Shown here piece by piece: positions 56,449-64,000 of a stretch of DNA of 64,000 nucleotides (its first letter is position 1; each line of letters begins with the position of its first letter). A program made the translations under genes and the position numbers. Below the pieces are notes generated by a model that saw only the letters and a program-made list of their open reading frames with translations, was not told the DNA's origin and made no database searches. Source of the stretch: Microbacterium sp. (GTDB lineage Bacteria > Actinomycetota > Actinomycetes > Actinomycetales > Microbacteriaceae); NCBI GenBank assembly GCA_029239635.1, contig JARBUN010000013.1, forward strand, positions 12,667-76,666, in the 5' to 3' direction.

Positions 56449-58047
56449 ATGCGACTGAGCGTGGGTGGGCGGCTGGCGCTCGTCTCTCTCGGCGTCGTCG
56501 TGCTCGTCGCGGGCGTCCTCGCGGTGCTGCTGTCTTTCCAGCTCACCGACTCGGGACAGCGCCAGGCCGAGCAGGTCACCCGGTCGGTCGCCGAGACCCT
56601 CGCCCACGAACCCGATGTCGCCGCCCTCGTCGAGCGACGCGATTCCGACACCCTGCAGCCCATGGTCGAGGCGATCCTGGGCGACGCCGACCTGTCGTTC
56701 GTCACGATCATGACGCCGGACGGCATCCGTCTCACCCACCGGAATCGCTCGGAGATCGGGCAGGAGTACCAGGGTTCGCGCGAGGAGGCCCTCGCCGGGC
56801 AGACCTACACCGAGGTCTACGAGGGGACCCTCGGGCCCTCGGTGCGCACGATCGCACCGATCCGCGAGGGCGGCGACGAGGACGGCCCCATCGTCGGGCT
56901 CGTCTCGGTCGGGGTCACGCTCGGCGCGGTGCAGCAGGACCTCGCCGCCCGCGTGCCGCTGATCGCCGTGGCATCCGCCGCCATCGTCGGTGTCGGCGTG
57001 CTCGGGGCGCTCTACGTGCGGCGCAGTGCGCGCCGCGTGACCGGGTCGTACACCCCCGCCGAGCTGTCGCGGCTCGTCGAGAGCTACGAGACGGTGCTGC
57101 ACTCCCTGCGCGAGGGGCTCGTCGTCACCGACCGCGAGGGCCGGATCGTGCTCTACAACGACGAGGCCGCCGACCTGCTCGGGCTCCCGCCCGCGACGAT
57201 GGGCCAGGTCTCGCTCGACCCGCACGATGTCGACATGGATGCCACCCTGGCCGAGGCCATCTCCACGGGGCGCCGCATGGTCGAGGAGACGGTGGTCAAC
57301 GGCGACCGCGTGCTGCTCGTGAACCAGGAGGACGCGCGCGACCTGAACGGGCGCCGCGCCCCCGAGCGCGGACACGTCATGACCCTGCGCGACCGGTCGG
57401 AGCTGCAGGCGCTGCTCGGCGAGCTCGAGGGCGTGCGCACGCTCAGCGACACCCTGCGCTCGCAGACCCACGAGCACGGCAATCGCCTGCACGCGCTGCT
57501 GGCGCTGCTCGAGCTCGGGCGGATCGATGACGCGCGGCGGTTGATCGTGGCATCCACGGGCGAACGCCAAGAACTCGCCGACCGTCTCGTCTCGGACGAC
57601 GAGGACGCGGTGGTCGTCGCCCTGCTCCTCGGCAAGCTCGACGACGCGGCCGAGCGCGGGGTGCGACTCGACCTCGACGTGTCCGAACCGCGGCCGACCC
57701 TGCCGCTCGCGCCCGCCGAAGCGGTGACCGTCGTCGGCAACCTCGTCGACAACGCCCTGGATGCCGCGGCGGCGGGCACCGAGCCCCGGTGGGTGCGCGC
57801 GGCGCTCACGGACAACGGCAGCGACGTGGTGCTCGAGGTGACCGACAGCGGGGGCGGGTTCGATCCGTCGCTCGCCGACCCCTTCGCCTTCGGGGCGTCG
57901 ACGAAGGCCGCCCACGCTCCCGGCGGACGCGGGGTGGGGTTGGCGCTCGTGCGCGATATCGTGGCCGCCCGGGGTGGGACGCTCCAGGTCACCGCCGACC
58001 CGACAACGGTGCGGGTGTTCCTCCCGTCGGTCGAGGAGGCGTCGTGA
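56449..58047 (+). CDS. CitA/DcuS-like sensor histidine kinase
   Basis: sCache region (GTLGPSVR), PAS, QTHEHGNRLH H-box, GNLVDNA, GRGVGL. Confidence 0.92.
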   Translation: MRLSVGGRLALVSLGVVVLVAGVLAVLLSFQLTDSGQRQAEQVTRSVAETLAHEPDVAALVERRDSDTLQPMVEAILGDADLSFVTIMTPDGIRLTHRNRSEIGQEYQGSREEALAGQTYTEVYEGTLGPSVRTIAPIREGGDEDGPIVGLVSVGVTLGAVQQDLAARVPLIAVASAAIVGVGVLGALYVRRSARRVTGSYTPAELSRLVESYETVLHSLREGLVVTDREGRIVLYNDEAADLLGLPPATMGQVSLDPHDVDMDATLAEAISTGRRMVEETVVNGDRVLLVNQEDARDLNGRRAPERGHVMTLRDRSELQALLGELEGVRTLSDTLRSQTHEHGNRLHALLALLELGRIDDARRLIVASTGERQELADRLVSDDEDAVVVALLLGKLDDAAERGVRLDLDVSEPRPTLPLAPAEAVTVVGNLVDNALDAAAAGTEPRWVRAALTDNGSDVVLEVTDSGGGFDPSLADPFAFGASTKAAHAPGGRGVGLALVRDIVAARGGTLQVTADPTTVRVFLPSVEEAS

Positions 58048-58727
58048 TCCGGGTCCTGGTCGTGGACGACGACGCCCTCGCCCTCGAGCTGCACGCCGCC
58101 TACGTGGAGCGGGTGCCCGGGTTCGAGGTCGCGGGGCACGCGTCGGGCGCGCGGGCCGCGCTCACGGCGCTGGCCGATCCCGAGCGCCGGATCGACCTCG
58201 TGCTGCTCGACATGACCATGCCCGACGGCAATGGCCTCGACGTCGCGCGGCGCGTGCGCGCGGCCGGATCCGGCGTCGACATCATCGCCGTGACGGCGGT
58301 CCGGGATGCCGCGACCGTCCGCGCCGCGGTGTCGATCGGGGTCGTGCAGTACCTGATCAAGCCTTTCGCGTTCGCCGCCTTCCGCGAGCGCCTCGAGGCG
58401 TACCGCGCCTACGTCGAAGGCCTGGACCGCGCGGCGGGAGAGGCCACGCAGTCCGAGGTCGACGCGCTGCTCGGGTCACTGCGCACCGTCACCTCTCCCG
58501 GGCTGCCGAAGGGCTTGAGCGACGAGACGCTGCAGGCCGTCGCGGAGCGCGTGCGGACGGCATCCGGAGCCGTGTCGTCGACCGAGGTGGGCGAGAGCGA
58601 GGGGATGTCCCGGGTCACCGCCCGGCGCTACCTCGAGCACCTCGCCGACGTGGGGCGGGTACGTCGCGAGCCCCGCTACGGCGGCCAGGGCCGGCCCGAG
58701 ATCACGTACGCGTGGGTGCGGGGCTGA
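58044..58727 (+). CDS. CitB/DcuR-like response regulator
   Basis: IRVLVVDDD, LLDMTMPD, YLIKPF, LPKGLS, SRVTARRYLEHL. Confidence 0.93.
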   Translation: MIRVLVVDDDALALELHAAYVERVPGFEVAGHASGARAALTALADPERRIDLVLLDMTMPDGNGLDVARRVRAAGSGVDIIAVTAVRDAATVRAAVSIGVVQYLIKPFAFAAFRERLEAYRAYVEGLDRAAGEATQSEVDALLGSLRTVTSPGLPKGLSDETLQAVAERVRTASGAVSSTEVGESEGMSRVTARRYLEHLADVGRVRREPRYGGQGRPEITYAWVRG

Positions 58728-58739
58728 GCGCGGCTTCTC

Positions 58740-58932
58740 GGGCATGCCGCGGTGTTCGGTGCGGCATCCGGGGGTTCCCTTGTGGTGCGGGGGGGCGCGG
58801 CATCCGGGAGTCCCGTCGCGGCGCTGGAGGCGTGGCATCCGGGGTGGGTGGCGCGATGCTCCGCTCGCAGAATCGGGCGTTTCTCGCAGAATCAGCCGCG
58901 ACATCTGCGAGATCGAGGCGGATCTGCGAGGT
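58740..58932. repeat. REP-like intergenic repeats
   Basis: Three GGCATCCGGG copies about 35 bp apart, then two CTCGCAGAATC and two inverted TCTGCGAG copies. Confidence 0.6.
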
Positions 58933-58961
58933 TCACACGCGCCACGAGGGCGGGACCGCCC

Positions 58962-60047
58962 CTAGAGGGCGAAGGCGGCGCGCACGGCGGCGTTCGTGAC
59001 CTCGCCGGCGCGGACGTTCAGGCCCTTCGCGAGGGCGGGATCAGCGGATGCCGCGGCCTCCCAGCCGGCGTCGGCGATCCGCGTGATGTAGGGCAGCGTG
59101 GCGTTCGACAGCGCCCGCGTGGAGGTGTGCGGGACCGCGCCGGGCATGTTCGCGACGCAGTAGTACAGCGCCTCGTGGACGCGGAAGGTCGGGGCGTCGT
59201 GCGTCGTGGGACGGGAGCCCTCGAAGCATCCACCCTGGTCGATCGCGATGTCGACGAGCACCGCGCCGGGCTTCATCGCGGCGACCATGTCGTCGGTGAC
59301 GAGCTTGGGCGCCGCCGCCCCCGGGATCAGCACCGAGCCGATCACGAGGTCGGCGTCGGCGAGCTGCTCGGCGATCTCGAGGCGGGTCGACGCGCGCGTC
59401 TCGATCGCGCCGCCGAACCGCTCCTCGAGCTGGCGGAGCTTGGGCAGCGAGATGTCGACGATCGTCACGCGGGCACCGAGGCCCAGGGCGTTGGCCGCCG
59501 CGTGCTCCCCCGCGACGCCGCCGCCGATGACGACGACCTTCGCGCGCGGCGTGCCGGGGACACCGCCGGGGAGGAGCCCGCGTCCGCCCGAGGCGCGCAG
59601 CAGGTGGTGCGCGCCCTCGATGATCGACAGGCGCCCGGCGACCTCGCTCATGGGCGCGAGCAGGGGCAGGGCGCGCTCCGCGGTCTGCACGGTCTCGTAC
59701 GCGACGGCGGTGGTGCCGGCGGCGATCAGGGCGTCGGTGAGCGGGCGGTCCGCGGCGAGGTGCAGGTAGGTGAACAGCGTGAGGTCGGGGCGGAGGAACC
59801 CGTACTCGCGAGCGATCGGCTCCTTGACCTTCACGAGGAGCTCGGCGCGCGCCCACGTTTCGTCGGCGGTGGCGACGACCTCGGCTCCGGCGGCGCGGTA
59901 CTGCGCGTCGGAGAACCCGCTGCCTTCCCCGGCGCCGGCCTGCACGAGCACCTCGTGGCCGCGGTGGACGAGCGCGTCGACGCCCGCGGGCGTCATCGCG
60001 ACGCGGTTCTCGTTGTTCTTGATCTCGGTCGGCACGGAGACGCGCAT
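58962..60047 (-). CDS. ald: Alanine dehydrogenase
   Basis: PTEIKNNENRVA, KVKEP, FTYLHLA, PMSEVAGR, DIAIDQGGCFE, YCVANMPGAVP. Confidence 0.97.
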   Translation of the reverse strand: MRVSVPTEIKNNENRVAMTPAGVDALVHRGHEVLVQAGAGEGSGFSDAQYRAAGAEVVATADETWARAELLVKVKEPIAREYGFLRPDLTLFTYLHLAADRPLTDALIAAGTTAVAYETVQTAERALPLLAPMSEVAGRLSIIEGAHHLLRASGGRGLLPGGVPGTPRAKVVVIGGGVAGEHAAANALGLGARVTIVDISLPKLRQLEERFGGAIETRASTRLEIAEQLADADLVIGSVLIPGAAAPKLVTDDMVAAMKPGAVLVDIAIDQGGCFEGSRPTTHDAPTFRVHEALYYCVANMPGAVPHTSTRALSNATLPYITRIADAGWEAAASADPALAKGLNVRAGEVTNAAVRAAFAL

Positions 60048-60202
60048 GGGTTCCTCCTCGAGCGGATGAGCGATGCGGAGAGAATCGCAGAAACGAGCGT
60101 TTCGGTGGCTTTACACCGGTGATTCTTCGAACGGATGCCGATCGTCGCGCGTACTCTCGAACGCGAACGCCCCGAACGCCACGGTCGACCGAAGGATCTG
60201 CG

Positions 60203-60676
60203 ATGCCCGACGACGAGCTGCACCCGCACGACGCCCGTATCATCGCGCTGCTCTCCGCCGACGCGCGCATGACCAACGCCGCGATCGCCGAAGACCTGGG
60301 CGTCGCCGCGTCGACCGCACACGCCCGCCTGCGCTCGCTGGTCGATCGGGGGCTCATCACCGGCTTCCACGCGGCGGTCGATCAGAGCCGCTTGGGTCGG
60401 GGACTCCAGGCGATCGTCGGCGTGACCCTTCGCCCGGGTCAGCGCCAGGAGAGCATCCACGCGTTCGCGCACGAAGTGCGGCGGCATCCGGACGTCATCC
60501 AGTTGTTCTTCCTGGGCGGCGCCGACGACTTCCTCGTGCACATCGCGGTCGACGACTCCTCCGCCGTGCGCCGCTTCGTCGTGGACCACCTCTCCGCGCG
60601 CCACAGCGTGGCCTCCACCCGCACGAGCATCATCTTCGAGTACCACCGGAACGCGGTCGCGGCCGACTTCGACTGA
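60203..60676 (+). CDS. Lrp/AsnC family regulator (AldR-like), divergent from ald
   Basis: DARIIALLSADARMTNAAIA HTH; RAM domain GADDFLVHI...TRTSII. Confidence 0.92.
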   Translation: MPDDELHPHDARIIALLSADARMTNAAIAEDLGVAASTAHARLRSLVDRGLITGFHAAVDQSRLGRGLQAIVGVTLRPGQRQESIHAFAHEVRRHPDVIQLFFLGGADDFLVHIAVDDSSAVRRFVVDHLSARHSVASTRTSIIFEYHRNAVAADFD

Positions 60677-60777
60677 GGGGCGCGAGCGCACCCGCACACG
60701 AGGAACCGCTCGTCAACCCGGCGCCCCCGAAACGCACCTCGCCCCGGCGGCGGCTCATGATGAGAGCCGGGGGAAAG

Positions 60778-61716
60778 ATGCTGTTGTCGATCGGAGTCAT
60801 CGCGATGGGTGTCGGGCTGGCAGCCGGCGTCATCCGCGTGGTCCTGCCGCGAATCGGCGACCCCACGCCGCTCGGGATGTTCCTGCGCCTCGCCTCGGTG
60901 GCGGGAGCGCTGGCCGTGGGCGCCGGGGCGATGTACGTCGTGCGGTTCAGCGGCGGCGAGATCGGCACGCTCGTGGCCGCGGACACCGCCATGATCCTCG
61001 CCGCCTCGCTCCTGTGCGTCGGGTTGTCGAAGCCGCGCGCGGGGCGCAGCGCACCACCGCGCGCGCTGGCCGCCGCCGTCGCCCTCGCCGTCGTGGTCGC
61101 CGTCTCGACGGCGCTGCTCCCCCTCAGCGTGTCGCTCATCGTGAAGGGTGCCGCCCTCCTCCTGGTCAGCGGCGCCACGGCCGCCCTCGCACTGCGCAAC
61201 CGCTCCCTCCCCCAGGCGTCCATGCGGGTGATGGGCGCCACCATGATCATCTACAGCGTGTACGCCGCCCTCCGCATCGTCGTGTTGACGACGCCGGAGT
61301 CGCTCCTGATGCAGACGCTCTTCTCCTCCACCGGGGCGGGCATCGCGGCGGTGGGGACGATGCTGATGACCGGGGTCGCGGTCGGCCTGGTGGGCCGTCC
61401 CGTCGCGCGCCCCGACGACGACGAGGATCGTCGTCGCACCCTCGTCGTCATCGGCGACTGGAAGCTCGCCAACGCCGCCTTCGGGACCGACCGGGTTCTC
61501 GGCCTGCTGCTGGAGCTGCGCCTGGCGGCCCGCGATCTCGACCCCTCCGCCGTAGACGGCCCCCGCGGCGTCGAAGTGGCAACGCCCTCCGCCGTCGCCG
61601 CCCTGCGCGCGCGCATGCGGACGAGCTACGGCTGGCGCCCCGAGGAGACGGAGCTCCTCACGGACGGGTCGGCGCTACGGAGGAAACTCCGGGGGCCAGG
61701 CGCCCCTCCGTCCTGA
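60778..61716 (+). CDS. Hypothetical membrane protein (7 TM plus small cytoplasmic domain)
   Basis: Hydrophobic segments; start uncertain (60757-60778). Confidence 0.65.
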   Translation: MLLSIGVIAMGVGLAAGVIRVVLPRIGDPTPLGMFLRLASVAGALAVGAGAMYVVRFSGGEIGTLVAADTAMILAASLLCVGLSKPRAGRSAPPRALAAAVALAVVVAVSTALLPLSVSLIVKGAALLLVSGATAALALRNRSLPQASMRVMGATMIIYSVYAALRIVVLTTPESLLMQTLFSSTGAGIAAVGTMLMTGVAVGLVGRPVARPDDDEDRRRTLVVIGDWKLANAAFGTDRVLGLLLELRLAARDLDPSAVDGPRGVEVATPSAVAALRARMRTSYGWRPEETELLTDGSALRRKLRGPGAPPS

Positions 61717-61720
61717 TCGG

Positions 61721-62578
61721 TCACTGCCGGGCGAATGACGCCACGAGGCTTCTCGCCGTCGCGGGTTCACGTCCGAGCAGATCCCCGAGCGTCGGCGACA
61801 TTCCGGCGAAGAAGCCTCCGGCCGCCGCGTGGAAGATCCCGAGCGTGAAGCGAGCCGCACCTTCGGGCTGCCCGGCAGCGACGGCGCGGTGCACCCAGTC
61901 ATCGACACCGATCACCTCGAAGCCGACCTCGCGCCCCGAGACCTCCCCCGTCCACCGCGCGAGGTCGGCGAACGTCGGCGCCTCGGTGGCCGTCAGCGTC
62001 ACGGGCCCCTGCCGAACGTCCGCCCGCAGGAGGAGCAGCGCGGCCGCCTCGGCGGCGTCGTCGCGCGACGTCCACGACACCGGCCCCTCGGCGGGGACCG
62101 CCACGACGTCGGTCTGGCGCCACGGGCCGAGCATCCACTCGAGCGTGTGCGCGTAGAACCCGTTGCGCAACGCGGTCCACCGGAGGCCCGAGGCGGCGAG
62201 CAGATCTTCGGTCGCCGCATGGTCCCGCGCGGGAGCGAACGGCGAGTCCGCATGAGCGCCCTGGTGGCTCGTGTAGAAGACGTGGCCGACGCCGGCCGCC
62301 ACGGCGGCGCGGATCGCCGCCGCGTGCAGCCCGACCGCGTCGGCACCCTGGTCGTTCGACGAGACGAGAAGCAACCGATCGGCGCCTTCGAAGGCCTCGG
62401 GGAGCTGCCCGGGATCCGCATAGTCCCCCCGACGGACAGCCACTCCGCGACGGGCGAAGGATTCCGCGCGGGAGGGATCGCGGACGACGACCGTGAGCTC
62501 GGACGGATCGACCTCCCGCAAGAGATGCTCGACCGTGCGGCCGTTCAGGGCGCCTGTTGCGCCGGTGATGGTGATCAT
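61721..62578 (-). CDS. NmrA-like NAD(P)H-binding oxidoreductase
   Basis: ITGATGALN, RGDY, HAATE, LRNGFY. Confidence 0.9.
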   Translation of the reverse strand: MITITGATGALNGRTVEHLLREVDPSELTVVVRDPSRAESFARRGVAVRRGDYADPGQLPEAFEGADRLLLVSSNDQGADAVGLHAAAIRAAVAAGVGHVFYTSHQGAHADSPFAPARDHAATEDLLAASGLRWTALRNGFYAHTLEWMLGPWRQTDVVAVPAEGPVSWTSRDDAAEAAALLLLRADVRQGPVTLTATEAPTFADLARWTGEVSGREVGFEVIGVDDWVHRAVAAGQPEGAARFTLGIFHAAAGGFFAGMSPTLGDLLGREPATARSLVASFARQ

Positions 62579-62593
62579 GGTGAAGCCCTTTTC

Positions 62594-62663
62594 GTTATCA
62601 ATGGAAACAAGAGGAAGCTAACAGTGGTTACCGGCGATAACAAGTCTTTGTTATCGTCGTGAC
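62594..62663. promoter_or_regulatory. Three TetR-type operator palindromes
   Basis: GTTATCaatGGAAAC, GTTACCggcGATAAC and GTTATCgtcGTGAC between the divergent genes. Confidence 0.7.
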
Positions 62664-63386
62664 ATGACCCTCCCTCCGCCCCGGGCCGACGTCCGCGAAC
62701 GGATCGTCGACGCCGCGGCCGACCTCCTCCGGGACGCAGGTTCCCCCGCCGTCACGACGCGCGCCGTCGCCGACCGAGCAGGAATCCAGCCGCCGACCAT
62801 CTACCGGTTGTTCGGAGACAAAGAAGGATTGCTCGACGCCGTCGCCGAGCAGGCGATGGCCCGCTTCAGCGCCGAGAAGGTCGCCTCGCTCTCATCCGCG
62901 AACGCACCGCGAGACCCCGTCGAGGAACTGCGTCAGGGCTGGAGCGAGACGCTGAGGTTCGGTCTCGACAATCCCGATCTCTACGTCATCCTGAGCGATC
63001 CCCGACGCGGTCGCGACTCCCCCGCGCTGGCCGCCGGCATCCGTGCGCTCGAAGAGCGCGTGCGGCGCGTCGCCGCCGCCGGCCGCCTCCGCGTGACCGA
63101 AGCACGCGCCGTCGCCCTCATCCACGCGGCGGGCACCGGGGCCATCCTGTCGCTCATCCCTCAGCCCCCCGGGGAGCGCGACCTCGCTCTCGCCGAGACC
63201 CTCCTCGAGGCCGTGCTGGATCGGATCCTCGACCACGCGGCATCCGCCTCTCCTTCCCCGGACGAAGCCGGTCACCGCACGGCCGCCGTCGCCCTGCGCG
63301 CTGTCGCGTCGGACCTCGACGCGCTCTCCCCCTCGGAACGGGCGCTGCTCGGCGACTGGCTCGACCGCGTCATCGCGACGGACTGA
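62664..63386 (+). CDS. TetR/AcrR family transcriptional regulator
   Basis: TTRAVADRAGIQPPTIYRLFGDKEGLL. Confidence 0.93.
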   Translation: MTLPPPRADVRERIVDAAADLLRDAGSPAVTTRAVADRAGIQPPTIYRLFGDKEGLLDAVAEQAMARFSAEKVASLSSANAPRDPVEELRQGWSETLRFGLDNPDLYVILSDPRRGRDSPALAAGIRALEERVRRVAAAGRLRVTEARAVALIHAAGTGAILSLIPQPPGERDLALAETLLEAVLDRILDHAASASPSPDEAGHRTAAVALRAVASDLDALSPSERALLGDWLDRVIATD

Positions 63387-63421
63387 GGCGGAGCTCGCGG
63401 AGCGACGTCGGCGCGCGGGTG

Positions 63422-64000
63422 TCAGCCCCGCACCGCGGCCGCGATCGCCGCGATGTCGGCGGGTGTCGAGCGGCAGCAGCCGCCGACCAGGCGTGCCCCG
63501 GCCGCGACCCAGTCGGGGGCGGCGTCGGCCAGCGGGGCGGTGGCGCCGCGCCACGTGCGGGTCGCGGCATCCCATTGCTCCCCCGTGTTCGGGTAGGCGA
63601 GAAGAGGGATGCCGGGGGCTTCGGCGAGCGCGGGGAGCACGGTCTCGGGGGCACAGCAGTTGACCCCGACCGCGAGGACGCCGGGCGCGGATGCCGCGGC
63701 GCGCAGTGCCCTCGCGAGGGACCCCGCGGACGCGAAGCCGGTGCTGTCGGCGGACAGGCTGAAGAAGGCGGGGAGCCCCAGACCGTCGAGTTCGAGGGCC
63801 ACCGCTTCGACCTCGAGCTCGGAGGGGATGGTCTCGATCGCGAGCAGGTCGGCGCCGGCGTCGGCGAGGGTGCGGAGGCGTCGGCGGTGCCGGTGCCGCA
63901 GCTCTTCGAGGGTCAGGCCGTACGCGCCGGTGTACTCGCTGCCGTCGGCGCGCAGAGCCCCGATCGGCCCCACGGATGCCGCGACCGCGACGTCGCCGGA
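63422..64000 (-). CDS. mmuM: Homocysteine S-methyltransferase (5' end outside the window)
   Basis: DGSEYTG, LAIETIP, GVNCC, YPN, VGGCC motifs. Confidence 0.88.
   Translation of the reverse strand, partial: SGDVAVAASVGPIGALRADGSEYTGAYGLTLEELRHRHRRRLRTLADAGADLLAIETIPSELEVEAVALELDGLGLPAFFSLSADSTGFASAGSLARALRAAASAPGVLAVGVNCCAPETVLPALAEAPGIPLLAYPNTGEQWDAATRTWRGATAPLADAAPDWVAAGARLVGGCCRSTPADIAAIAAAVRG

Noticed and set aside
58740-58850. Mini-CRISPR (repeats about 35 bp apart)
   Set aside because: The repeat is only ~10 bp, with three copies and no cas genes
60060-60200. AldR operator sites between ald and the Lrp gene
   Set aside because: Plausible from context, but the motifs are too degenerate to place reliably by eye

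Overview
High-GC actinobacterial chromosome segment; the gene content suggests Microbacterium/Microbacteriaceae (inference). From left to right: (1) housekeeping genes (NAD(P)-binding protein, histidine phosphatase, MarR, sdaA, tRNA-Arg(ACG)) with a duplicated ~121-bp promoter plus candidate sRNA element. (2) A ~17.7-kb accessory RiPP locus next to the tRNA. It has a divergent HisKA_3/LuxR two-component system and a small secreted Cys-pair peptide. These are followed by an operon encoding a leader-binding/E1-like protein, YcaO, SagB-type dehydrogenase, split LanB dehydratase (glutamylation and elimination proteins), an RRE-M50 protease, precursor 1, an ABC exporter, a second YcaO, a membrane protein and precursor 2. 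Both precursors have 28-aa cores made almost entirely of Ser/Thr/Cys, and no pyridine synthase is evident. This points to a linear polyazole/dehydroamino-acid peptide, possibly under peptide-pheromone control, and is the best candidate for an undescribed system here. (3) A LacI-regulated Dpp/Opp ABC transporter with a C45 Ntn-hydrolase. (4) A sortase-anchored M6-like protease fused to a catalytically dead GH18 domain. (5) A compositionally distinct fucose-containing exopolysaccharide locus whose gmd is broken by two deletions. (6) Ordinary genes: MpaB-like oxygenase, CitE-like/DctA/CitAB-like module, ald/AldR, NmrA/TetR and a partial mmuM. The heptamer GGATGCC/GGCATCC is strongly iterated in native DNA and scarce in the EPS locus. 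Several small deletion scars are scattered through the window. All product calls come from motif recognition by eye, without database searches.
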